Below, piece by piece: positions 40,301 through 49,248 of a DNA stretch of 64,000 nt; the stretch's first letter is position 1; every line of letters starts with the position of its first letter. Position numbers and translations under genes: made by a program. This DNA is from Octopus sinensis (taxonomy: Eukaryota): assembly GCF_006345805.1 (NCBI RefSeq), contig NC_043025.1:12524001-12588000 (forward strand), in the 5' to 3' direction. Below the pieces are notes generated by a model. The model saw nothing but the letters and a program-made list of their open reading frames with translations, was not told the DNA's origin and made no database searches.

Positions 40301-40668
40301 GCGGATGCGCGACTACGCGAGTGCGCGCACCGGGACCCCTGTTCTCAAGTGGTACCTGTAATGAGTCAGTGCGAGATTACACAATAACGATGGGAAAGAC
40401 AGGAGAGCCATGGCTGGATTTGCTTTCAGCTATCAAAGCCCTACTCGATCAGGACTGACCCCTGCAGTTTAAACAACAATATTAGGGGGGGGGGTAAGAA
40501 AGAAAAAAGATGTGAAATTACTGACCTTGCTCCGACAAACACGGCGCATTCTGGCATCTGTTTCCAGCAATGGACTGACTCAAAGGGGCCGAAGTCTAGG
40601 GTCAAACATTCGGCACTCTCCGGCCAGTTGTGATCAAATTCTTTGCCCGGGGGTCGAGCTAGAGCCAT
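1616..40668 (-). CDS. LZTR1: LZTR1 orthologue (Kelch repeats, then BTB-BACK x2), 22 coding exons, 2337 nt, 778 aa + stop
   Basis: All 22 exons joined by hand with GT..AG boundaries and compatible phases, with no internal stop. Peptides match recalled human LZTR1 throughout ([92 protein letters not shown]). Many exon lengths (63, 57, 80, 109, 140, 111, 93, 150, 81, 117) equal the recalled human ones. Confidence 0.95.
2746..3728 (+). repeat. Tandem array of ~173-bp units from a Tc2/pogo-like MITE end, 402-bp higher-order repeat
   Basis: Starts TA|CCGTAAATCCTGGAGTATA; gcagggg anchors at 2960, 3134, 3190, 3362, 3536, 3592; solo end at 30841-30942; matching right-end relic at 1953-1972. Confidence 0.8.
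4072..4490 (+). mobile_element. tRNA-derived SINE family A (head ggcgcaggagtggctgtgtggtaag, internal TA/TG microsatellite), representative copy
   Basis: A/B-box-like head. Further copies at 4757-5174, 12785-13585 (3 heads), 16735-16900, 20915-21287, 23340-23740, 48653-48990, 57140-57470, 62930-63090 (+) and 29990-30590, 42775-42940, 43820-44065, 50515-50900 (-). Confidence 0.85.
4545..4625 (-). CDS. LZTR1: LZTR1 exon 21
   Basis: [27 protein letters not shown]; ccag / gtaagt. Confidence 0.92.
5648..7553 (-). repeat. Tandem array (6 x ~330 bp) of an RTE-clade LINE 3' end with (GAT)n tails and TTAGGG junctions
   Basis: Unit starts at 5661, 5987, 6322, 6647, 6982, 7314; encodes [39 protein letters not shown]; units alternate as a 660-bp dimer. 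Confidence 0.88.
7586..7639 (-). CDS. LZTR1: LZTR1 exon 20
   Basis: [18 protein letters not shown]; aag acceptor / gtaagt. Confidence 0.9.
7805..7954 (-). CDS. LZTR1: LZTR1 exon 19
   Basis: [50 protein letters not shown]; ccag / gtaagt. Confidence 0.93.
8225..8990 (+). mobile_element. RTE LINE 3'-UTR element with ~9 internal ~60-bp repeats and (GAT)n tail
   Basis: Same tail (ttggcgttaggaagggcatccagctgtagaaa..catggaaaacggacgttaaa(tga)n) follows the RTE ORF at 18038. Other copies at ~9340-9690, 10040-10275, 18605-19050, 30190-30420, 37530-37830, 39760-39945, 46440-46790, 47470-47870, 49680-50060, 51030-51405. Confidence 0.75.
9096..9274 (-). CDS. LZTR1: LZTR1 exon 18
   Basis: (S)[59 protein letters not shown]; gcag / gtaagt. 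Confidence 0.93.
12212..12433. mobile_element. piggyBac-type MITE
   Basis: TTAA|CCCTTTTGTTACCA..TGGTAACAAAAGGG|TTAA; inverted sister copy at 39490-39709. Confidence 0.85.
12564..12726 (-). CDS. LZTR1: LZTR1 exon 17
   Basis: [54 protein letters not shown]; gcag / gttagt, phase 1 matches the next exon. Confidence 0.9.
13702..13818 (-). CDS. LZTR1: LZTR1 exon 16
   Basis: [39 protein letters not shown]; tcag / gtaggg. Confidence 0.92.
13921..14491 (-). mobile_element. tRNA-derived SINE family D with 2-unit 3' duplication
   Basis: Head ggaggcgcaatggcccagtggttagggcag; (AAAC)n tail; short copies at 11078-11257 and 19560-19720. Confidence 0.8.
14952..15455 (+). mobile_element. Tandem pair of tRNA-derived SINE family C
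   Basis: Two ~250-bp copies with A/B-box heads and shared body ttgtgttcttgagcaaaacactt..; relative at 11341-11700. Confidence 0.75.
15491..15555 (-). CDS. LZTR1: LZTR1 exon 15
   Basis: (G)[21 protein letters not shown]; acag / gtgagt. Confidence 0.9.
16408..16537 (-). CDS. LZTR1: LZTR1 exon 14
   Basis: [43 protein letters not shown]; tttcag acceptor chosen for phase 0 (a second in-frame CAG lies 6 nt inside) / gtcagt. Confidence 0.82.
17366..17419 (-). CDS. LZTR1: LZTR1 exon 13 (poorly conserved BTB loop)
   Basis: [18 protein letters not shown]; strong tctttttccag / gtatgt, phase 0-0; little similarity to human. Confidence 0.65.
17815..18600 (-). mobile_element. 5'-truncated RTE (BovB-like) LINE with 3' UTR and tail
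   Basis: [52 protein letters not shown]; one in-frame stop at 18329-18331. Confidence 0.88.
19153..19242 (-). CDS. LZTR1: LZTR1 exon 12
   Basis: [30 protein letters not shown]; tcag / gtaagt. Confidence 0.92.
19913..20005 (-). CDS. LZTR1: LZTR1 exon 11
   Basis: [31 protein letters not shown]; gcag / gtaagg. Confidence 0.93.
21351..21461 (-). CDS. LZTR1: LZTR1 exon 10
   Basis: [37 protein letters not shown]; gcag / gtaagg. Confidence 0.94.
21524..23080 (+). repeat. Second array of the same ~173-bp unit (~9 copies)
   Basis: Anchors at 21672, 21846, 22019, 22192, 22365, 22537, 22707, 22878, 23047; many 1-nt indels. Confidence 0.88.
24085..24139 (-). CDS. LZTR1: LZTR1 exon 9
   Basis: (C)[18 protein letters not shown]; ctag / gtaaaa. 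Confidence 0.9.
24990..25648. mobile_element. MITE with 28-bp GG-start TIRs and 8-bp TSD (Merlin-like; hAT/P not excluded)
   Basis: TIR GGATCTTTTCGGTTTGAACGGCAGTTTT; TSD ATGGACAA at 24982-24989 and 25649-25656; right ~240 bp tandemly duplicated. Confidence 0.82.
25718..25864 (-). CDS. LZTR1: LZTR1 exon 8
   Basis: [48 protein letters not shown]; tcag / gtgagt. Confidence 0.94.
26398..27395 (+). mobile_element. SINE family D with 5 x 150-bp tandem
   Basis: Units at 26567, 26717, 26866, 27016, 27166. Confidence 0.85.
27421..27560 (-). CDS. LZTR1: LZTR1 exon 7
   Basis: [46 protein letters not shown]; acag / gtaagt. Confidence 0.94.
27815..29700 (+). repeat. ~14 x 123-bp array of a CR1/L2-type LINE 3' end, followed by its 3' UTR and (ATT)n tail
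   Basis: Unit gctgaagcatggaacaaactgccggcatcag.. at 27833, 27956, 28079..; native frame [18 protein letters not shown]; related to 31540-32040. Confidence 0.9.
29777..29915 (-). CDS. LZTR1: LZTR1 exon 6
   Basis: [46 protein letters not shown]; gcag / gtaagg; spans what I recall as human exons 6 and 7. Confidence 0.93.
30992..31100 (-). CDS. LZTR1: LZTR1 exon 5
   Basis: [35 protein letters not shown]; tcag / gtaagt. Confidence 0.94.
31540..32041 (+). mobile_element. CR1/L2-type LINE 3' fragment
   Basis: [35 protein letters not shown]; (ATT)n tail. Confidence 0.85.
32092..33620 (+). mobile_element. SINE family D with 8 x ~165-bp tandem
   Basis: gcaac(c/t)gctgagcc anchors from ~32276 to ~33426; (AAAC)n tail. 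Confidence 0.87.
33665..33744 (-). CDS. LZTR1: LZTR1 exon 4
   Basis: [26 protein letters not shown]; ccag / gtaaag. Confidence 0.92.
33992..36621 (+). mobile_element. Internally deleted mariner with 10 x ~251-bp tandem array of its 5' end
   Basis: TA|TTGGGTTGTCCGGAAAGTT TIR; [14 protein letters not shown] fused to [28 protein letters not shown] (D34D mariner motif); unit anchors 34005 to 36261; no right TIR. Confidence 0.92.
36699..36755 (-). CDS. LZTR1: LZTR1 exon 3
   Basis: [18 protein letters not shown]; tcag / gtaagt. Confidence 0.93.
38975..39235. repeat. 48-bp minisatellite, ~5.5 copies
   Basis: catcttagagg at 38975, 39023, 39071, 39119, 39167, 39215. Confidence 0.9.
39373..39435 (-). 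CDS. LZTR1: LZTR1 exon 2
   Basis: [21 protein letters not shown]; ccag / gttagt. Confidence 0.93.
39490..39709. mobile_element. piggyBac-type MITE (family of 12212-12433)
   Basis: TTAA|CCC..GGG|TTAA, homologous body. Confidence 0.8.
40104..40356. repeat. 3 x ~85-bp CpG-rich tandem of the MITE arm seen at 63532-63715
   Basis: gatcgactagt anchors at 40104, 40194, 40276. Confidence 0.8.
40526..40668 (-). CDS. LZTR1: LZTR1 first coding exon
   Basis: [48 protein letters not shown]; donor gtcagt, phase 2. The ATG is the only in-frame start seen, but an upstream exon cannot be excluded. Confidence 0.85.
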
Positions 40669-40893
40669 GGGTGTGGTTTGGATGGACTGATGGGGTGCGG
40701 ATGGTCGAGAACTGTCACCTTATAGTTGTAGCATGTATATATATATATACTCGTTTTGTGTGTGTGTGTATATATATTATATGTACATATACATGTGTGT
40801 GTGTGTGTATGTGTATATATATATGTTATATGTACATATATATATATATATTATATGTATATATATATATTATATGTACATATATATAATGTA

Positions 40894-40924
<31 letters not shown>

Positions 40925-41126
40925 TATATTTACATATATATATAACGTGTGTGTATATATATAGTATATGGATATATAAATATATGTGTGTGTGTGTTTG
41001 TGTTGGTATCTGTGTATGTATATGTATAACTACGTATGTATATTTGTGTTTGTGTGTGTGTGTGTGTGTGGACGTATGTATTCGTGTATATATACAGCTA
41101 TGTATATCTGTATATATATATATATA

Positions 41127-41163
<37 letters not shown>

Positions 41164-41219
41164 CTGTGCAGATGTATATATATATACAGATGTGTGTGTG
41201 TGTGTCTCTGTGTTGACAG

Positions 41220-41480
41220 ATGGGACGATGTGACCCGTCCCGCAATTACAGTTCGCCGGTCAATACACGACCACCACTGACACACCGCCGCACTCTTATG
41301 GGCATCGCAGTCGTTTGCGCCTCCAATTAACCGCAAAATCCACCTGCAATCACAGATGGAACCCTACATAATCCCCAGGTCTTCTTCATAATCTTTACCA
41401 TTTCTGCTCAACACACGGCCATAGCTCGCCGCTCACGCAACGGATCATGGGATAGCATTTGTCTCCTGGAACCTCTGGTT
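41220..41480 (-). promoter_or_regulatory. CpG-rich unique segment upstream of LZTR1, possible promoter or 5' UTR exon
   Basis: Only non-repetitive CpG-rich stretch between LZTR1 exon 1 and TMEM199's last exon apart from TE relics; no convincing ORF. Confidence 0.3.
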
Positions 41481-42744
41481 TCGTTTCGTTTCGTTTCGTT
41501 TCGTTTCGTTTTTCCATTTCGGAACATGCTGCGACTGCGGGTTTTTATTAAACTTGGAACTTATCTTTTACTTATTTCTGTCATTGGACTGCGGCCATGC
41601 TGGGGCACAGTCTTGCAGAGTTTAGTTGAACAAATTCGACAACTATTGTTTGGTATATATATATATATATATATATTATTCACACACACTAACAGAAGCA
41701 CTTCACTTACACAACATACTGTCTGTCTCCCACACCCCATCAAACACACACACACACACACACACACATGTACATCAATGCTTGCCATGCACGGTAACTT
41801 CAAAAGAACTTCCCTCGTCATACAATCGCTTTCTCTTAGTCTCTTTCGCTCTCATTACTACAAAAGTTCCCGCAAGCCCATATGTAAAAAAATAAAAGTT
41901 TTTTTTACGGAAATCGACGGAAAGGTCTACTAGAGACGAAAGATTGCCATATAATATATATATATATGTTTGGTATATATATCCGACCTGCTAGAAATAG
42001 CAACCAAATCTCCCTCTGCAGTCTTCACTGTTGCCAACGAGTGAACCTTGGTATATATATATATATCAACAATCAAGGAACGGCCATAATAGGCCATTCA
42101 CCCACTAGAAATAACAGCCAAAGCTTCAACCGCAAATAAACCACTAGGCCGCTGGTGGCAAAAAAATTCTACAAAATTTTTTTTTTTTGCCACCCTATAT
42201 TGATTAATTATGAATTTTCTGGTTAATTCCGTAATGGAATCGGCGGCTTATATTTATTTGCTGCCGATAAATTTGGCGCGAGTGCGACGATTTGAAAATT
42301 TTAGGTCAGATATACCTTGGCAGGGTCGGAAATGCCTCGTGAAAATATCTGTTCCGACTTGGGCTATTTCTTACTGAAGAATCTGAGGGCCTATGGAAGA
42401 TTGGCTTGATTTAATTTAATCAGGTTAGTTTACCATTAAACAGCAGAGAAACGGTGCATCGTATAAGAAATTACAGGGTAAATGTTTTTTAAATTTTCTC
42501 CTGGTTTACGGAATTAATTTTTATTTGCGGTTGAAGCTTTGGCTGTTATTTCTAGTGGGTGAATGGCCTATTATGGCCGTTCCTTGATTGTTGATGTTGA
42601 ACTTAAAAATGGTCTATGACTATTTAATTTTTTCCCACTAGGCCGCTGGTGGCAAAAAAATTCTACAAAATTTTTTTTTTTTGCCACCCTATATTGATTA
42701 ATTATATATATATATATATACTAAACAGGACACACACGCACATG

Positions 42745-42777
<33 letters not shown>

Positions 42778-43066
42778 CGACGGGCTTCTTTCAGTTTCCG
42801 TCTACCAAAATCACTCACAAGGCTTTGGTCGGTCTGGGGCTATAGTAGAAGACACTTGCCCAAGGTGCCACGCAGTGGGACTGAACCCGGAACCATATGG
42901 TTGGTAGACAAGCTACTTACCACACATCCACTCATGTGCCTATATATACATATATATAAACATTATTTTAAATTAAATGTTTAAATTTACCGTAAATGGT
43001 CCTTTTACAAACTGAACACTGCCTGGTAAAATTATTAATTACTAATTAATTAATTAATTTTACCCT

Positions 43067-43110
<44 letters not shown>

Positions 43111-43373
43111 AGTGCGTGTGATGCAGAGTTGCCTCCCCTGCACCGATCGTATCGACGTATAACATTTTCTTTCCAACGTTTTGGTACCATATTAGTTGAA
43201 GGCTACCAAACCTGTCACACACAGACAACTTCAGCTTCATATATATATAGATTATTATTATTATTATTATTATTATTATTTAAAGAATTGTAAAAATTGA
43301 TGCTGCTTACCAAAAACCATCACAGAATATATATATATATTGGTTTTGTGTCTAATTTAATATAATATATATA

Positions 43374-43662
43374 TCTTTATATATAAAAGTGAAGTTGTGG
43401 GCTGTCAGTCTCCTACGATTTAGATTCCTAACTACTCCCACATTTTGCGGTGCAGTTTAACCAAATTCGGGTATCTTATAGTCGTGATTCATATCGAGCC
43501 CGTCTGGGTATTAGCGCGCGTCTACGATGAGTCTACGATTTAAAAAAAAATTTACCATAATTTTTTTCCATTTTTAATGCATTTTTTTGGCTATAACTCT
43601 CTAAAAATGCTTATATAGTTATTTCCCTTATAAACCCGAGCAACGCCGGGCGATACTGCTAG
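43374..43662 (+). mobile_element. Non-autonomous Helitron (same family as 1111-1418)
   Basis: A|TC...CTAG|T ends, same subterminal motif and body. Confidence 0.8.
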
Positions 43663-43709
<47 letters not shown>

Positions 43710-44504
43710 TGTTATATTTTCAGGTGGTCGTCTCTTTTTCTTGCCAAATAAACAGATACACCATAGATTTGTTCTTCACTCATTTATTATTGTTTTTAGT
43801 TTATCCTATGTCCATTACCCTCTTACTTGTTTCAGTCATTTGACTGCGGCCAGGCTGGAGCTCCGCCTTTTTAGTCGAGCAAATCGACCCCAGTACTTAT
43901 TCTATTGGACTCTTGTGCCGAACCGCTAAGTTACGGGGACGTAAACACACCAGCATCGGTTGTCAAGCGATGTTGGGGGGACAAATACAGACACACATAT
44001 ATATATATCTCTGAACCGGAACCATATGGTTGGTAAGCAAGCTACTTACCACACAGCCACTCCTATGCAGTGTAGTTTTTTTTAGTCAAGATACCTGCTA
44101 CTTAATTCATCATCAAATAAAGTCTGAAAGTTTCCCAACCCTACAATGACCTTGGATTAAGCATTTGAAATTAAAAACACACACACACACACACTGCCAC
44201 TTGTAAACTTCATTATTTCAGTGTGGCATTGAAAACTTAGATCTTATTTTATGAAAGAACAGTTAAATAAATAAATACATTACGAACATTAAATTTTGAA
44301 TTTAGCTTTAATCATAAAAATTACATCTCTCAACAGCAAAAAACATTTGTTTTTTTGGTTTGATGTGTATATAAGTCCAAATGTTTTCTATTTAAAATCA
44401 AACCATTTTTATTTCATTTTTTTTTTCTATATCTTTTATCATTCTGTAATATCACACACACTTGAAATTATTTATCACACACTTGAAATTATTATTATAT
44501 GGGT

Positions 44505-45114
44505 GGGGCAAAATGAGTAATTTCTAATTTTTTGATATTTTCTCTCAATTTGTTTGAACTACTACATTGCAAGAACTGCATCGTCATTTTGTACTGTTGC
44601 TTCACCTTTAGGAGTGAAAATTGCCCAGCACGGTCGTTGTTGTTGAAGCTGAGAGAGTTTGGAACATGGTCAGGTGGCAAATAGATTTTATTTTTTTCAG
44701 GAAACTCTTCCTCAACTTTGAACCGATTGCAATTGAGGTATTTTATTAGTATAAAACATCTGGATAAATTTTGGTGTTTGATAAATCAATATTCTTCTCT
44801 CTGTTGGATTCCAAGTCAATTCTGCACCACCACCCCCGGTGCTAATGTCTAATTGCATAGTTTTCAATTTTCAAAAAAATGATGTCGAAGATGAGTAGCG
44901 ACCAATTTTAATAATTTCTTCTATGGTGTGTTAATATATCGAGAAGAGAGTCGCTCCAGCAGATCATGAAGAAGCCATAGAGAATATTCTATGCTGATTT
45001 TTCTCAATTTAGTCACATTTTACTAATTTCATATCATATGCTATTTTTCCACTGATCTTCTTCCATTCGAAAGAGGCAAATTTACCTTTCCTTGTCTTAC
45101 TCATTTTTGCCCCC
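44505..45114. mobile_element. Putative non-autonomous DNA transposon
   Basis: GGGGCAAAATGAGTAA / TTACTCATTTTTGCCCC near-perfect TIRs ~610 bp apart; TSD unclear. Confidence 0.5.
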
Positions 45115-45331
45115 AGCTAAATTTGTTGAACTGGTCCATATTTTTATTGACCCCCCCCGAAAGGAGGAAATACAAAGTTGACCTCGGCGGAATTTGAACT
45201 CAGAACATTAGAGAGACGGACGCAATGCCACTCGGCATTTTGGGTTTTTACGTTCTGAGTTCAAAATCCCGCCAAGGGTCCAATGAGACTTAAACCAAAA
45301 CCAAAACCAAAACCCCACCCCACCCCACCCC

Positions 45332-45364
45332 ATGATATGATGATGATGATGATGATGATGATGT

Positions 45365-45402
<38 letters not shown>

Positions 45403-45772
45403 GTGATGATATGATATGATGATGATGATGATGATGGTGGTGGTGATGATGATGACGATGGTGATGATGGTGATGATATGATATGATGATGATGATGATG
45501 ATGGTGGTGGTGATGATGATAATGATGATGATGACGATGGTGATGATGGTGATGATGATGATGATGATGATGATGGTGATGATATGATATGATGATGATG
45601 ATGATGATGATGATGGTGGTGGTGATGATGATAATGATGATGATGACGATGGTGATGATGATGATGATGATGATGATGATGTTGATGGTGATGATGGTGG
45701 TGGTGATGGTGGTGATGATGATGATGATGATATTGATGGTGACGACGACGATGATGACGACGACGATGATAA
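45332..45772. repeat. Long compound (GAT/GGT)n microsatellite
   Basis: Visible directly; contains repeated gatatgatatgatgat..ggtggtggt blocks. Confidence 0.95.
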
Positions 45773-46137
45773 TAATTGTTTCTATTTTAGGCTGAGGGGC
45801 CACAAATTTGGCAGATGGAGGTTAGTACTTCAACGGTACTTTATTTTATCCACCCTGCAAAAAAAAAAAAAGAAAAAAAGGGCATTTTGTCCTACAATTT
45901 ACCGATGTTTTACCAACCCATATATATAGTAATCAACAGCTCATAAGATTGGCAGAAGGTTCACAAATCTGAGGAATAGTGTCAGTCGATTCCATCAGCC
46001 TCAGTATTTAGCTGGTACTTCATATTATTAATCCCATTGGAATCTGGACTGAGAAGGCAAAGGGCTCGAACGAACACCACAAGGTATTTTGTCTGATGGC
46101 TCCAGCGATCCCCACGACACTCCACGGTAAACCCACT

Positions 46138-46215
46138 TCACATGGTCCTTTTTACCAGAAAGTAGAGATCAGCGAAAAACACGACAGTACCTAAGAGGAT
46201 CCCGACTAACATTTG
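46138..46215 (-). CDS. TMEM199: TMEM199 terminal exon (provisional exon 6)
   Basis: [25 protein letters not shown]; tttcag acceptor. Confidence 0.85.
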   Translation of the reverse strand, partial: QMLVGILLGTVVFFADLYFLVKRTM

Positions 46216-49004
46216 CTGAAATAAACGAGAGGAAACAATAACGAGTTAATTAAGGATCGAAAGAATTGCAAAATTATTAATCATCAATGTTCATAACACG
46301 ATATTTTTCAAACATTTAATTTCATCATCGTGGTTTTTGTGTGTGTCTTTGTGGTTATGTTTGTATCTTGTCACTGCCTGACACCCAATGTTGGTTTGTT
46401 TATGACCCCCGTAACTTAGCAGTTTGACAAAATGAAACCATCATCATCATCATCGTTTAACGTCCGTTTTCCATGCTAGCATGGGTTGGACGGTTCGACT
46501 GAGGATGTGGGAAGCCAGGAGGCTGCACCAGGCTCAAGTCTGATCTGGCAGTGTTTCTACAGCTGGATGCCTTTCTAACACCAACCACTCTGTGAGTGTA
46601 GTGGGTGCTTTTTACGTGCCACCCACACAGGTACCAGGCGAGGCTGGCAACGGCCACGGTCGGATTGGTGTATTTTATGTGCCACTGGCACGGAAGCCAG
46701 TCGAGGTGGCACTGGCTTCGGCCACGATTCGGATGGTGCTTTTTACGTGCCACCAGCACGAAAGCCAGTCAAGGCGACGCTGGCATCACCAATAGAATAA
46801 ATACAAGAACAAAAAAGTACTGGGGTCAAATTGTTTGACTGAACTCTTTTAAGGCTGTGTCCCAGAAGGACTGCAGTTTAATGATTGCAACAAATAAAAG
46901 GATAGAGATAACCCTTTAGCCATTAAACCAGCCAGATCCAGCCTCTCACACCTACCCTACAGTGTCATTCTAAAAATAAACAATAACATCATTGAAGTCT
47001 CAAAGCTATGAGATAATGCAGGATTAATTCAAAACAAGGCCGGATCCAGCCTCTCACACCTACCCTACAGTGTCATTCTAAAAATAAACAATCACATCAT
47101 TGAAGTCTCAAAGCTATGAGATAATGCAGGATTAATTCAAAACAAGGCCGGATCCAGCCTCTCACACCTACCCTACAGTGTCATTCTAAAAATAAACAAT
47201 CACATCATTGAAGTCTCAAAGCTATGAGATAATGCAGGATTAATTCAAAACAAGGCCGGATCCAGCCTCTCACACCTACCCTACAGTGTCATTCTAAAAA
47301 TAAACAATCACATCATTGAAGTCTCAAAGCTATGAGATAATGCAGGATTAATTCAAAACAATTTAAATAAAAAAGTATTACATTTAACAGAGTAATGTGA
47401 ATGCTAAAGGGTTATGGGTACGCAAGCCTATGGAGTGCTCATTGAAATCTTGAAGTTATGAGATATACACATCATCATCATCATCGTTTAACATCCGTTT
47501 TCCATGCTGGCATGGGTTGGATGGTTTGACTGGGGACTGGTGAACCAGATGGCTACACCAGGTTTCAATCTGATCTGGCAATGGTTCTACAGCTGGATGC
47601 CTTCCTAATGCCAACCACTCCGAGAGTGTAGTGGGTGCTTTTAATGTTCCACAGGCACGGGAGCTAGTCAGGCGGTCCTGGTATCGACCGTATTCATGAG
47701 GTGCCTTTTACGTGCCACTGGCACAGGAACCAGTCTAGGGACACACGTTCAGATGATGCATTTTACATGCCACTGGAAATGGGGGCCAGTCAGGGGACAC
47801 TGGTCACAGCTACGATTTTGGTTTTACTTGACTCAACAGGTCTTCTCAAGCATATCATATCGCCTGATACATCAAGGGTACTCTTAAAGGGGCTGGACAT
47901 GCAACACTGGCATTGGCCATGACTGCGATCTCACTTTAGTTGCCAGATCTCCTATCAATGCCTCTGTGAGGCCCAACGTTCGAAGGTCATGCTTCACCAC
48001 CTCATCCCATGCGTTTCTCTGTGTGTGTGTCTGTGTGTGTGTGCCTGTGTGTGTGTGTGTGTGTGTTGTGTGTGTGTGTGTGTCTGTGTGCGTGTCTGTG
48101 TGTCTGTGTGTGTGTCTGTGTGAGTGTGTGTGTGTGTCTGTGTGTGTGTGTCTGTGTGTGTGTGTGTCTGTGTGTGTGTCTGTGTGTGTGTCTGTGTGCC
48201 TGTGTGTGTGCCTGTGTGTGTGTCTGTGTGTGTGTGTCTGTGTGTGTGTGTCTGTGTGTGTGTGTCTCTGTGTGTGTGTGTGTGTGTGTGTGTGTCTGTG
48301 TGTGTGTATCATGCACCCACAGTAGTGGGTATGTTCTACCTCTTCCACAGGTTCCTTCTACAGAGAGTGTGTGTGGCACGCACGGAACGCTCACAAATAC
48401 ATACGGATACACACATAAGCTGCATGTATGCAAAAACCATAAAAATGAAAACGGAATCAAATGAACATTTGCAACTCCGCAGCGACTTACGATGGCCATG
48501 TCTGGCTCCTCCATACTGGCTTCTGCAGCTTTGTAACCAAAGGCAAAAGCACCACCAACAGTGAGGACAAAATTCACAACAGCGATTATTTGAAGGTTCA
48601 TAGCTTTCACTGAAATAAAAGACAGGACATGACAATACACTGTAAGTTATAGGCACAGGAGTGGCTGTGTGGTAAGTAGCTTGCTTATGAACCACATGGT
48701 TCCGGGTTCAGTCCCACTGCGTGGAACCTTGGGCAAGTGTCTCCTACTATAGCCTCGGGCCAACCAAAGCTTTGTGAGTGGATTTGGTAGACGGAAACTG
48801 AAAGAAGCCTGTCATATATATATGTATTAGGCGTAGGAGTGGCTGTGTGGTAAGTAGCTTGCTTAAGAACCACATGGTTCCGGGTTCAGTCCCACTGTGT
48901 GGCACCTTGGGCAAGTGTCTTCTACTCTAGCCTTGGGCCGACCAAAGCCTTGTGAGTGGATTTGGTAGACGGAAACTGAAAGAAGCCAGTCGTATATATG
49001 TATA

Positions 49005-49037
<33 letters not shown>

Positions 49038-49202
49038 GCAAATTTCTGCTGACTCTTTCGCCACAACTTTCTCTCACTCTTTCCTCCTGCATCTTGCAGC
49101 TCACCTGCGATGGACCAGCGTCCCGTCTATGTGGGGAACCTATATGCCAAGGAAACCGAGAAACCGGCCCTTATGAACCAGGGAAGGCTTGAGAAGAAAC
49201 AA

Positions 49203-49248
<46 letters not shown>

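Noticed and set aside
45261-45803. Poly-His/Ile/Met ORFs
   Set aside because: Translations of a (GAT)n microsatellite. The same applies to the CV/HT/YI-rich ORFs at 235-678, 40733-41336, 47884-48640 and 51536-51982.
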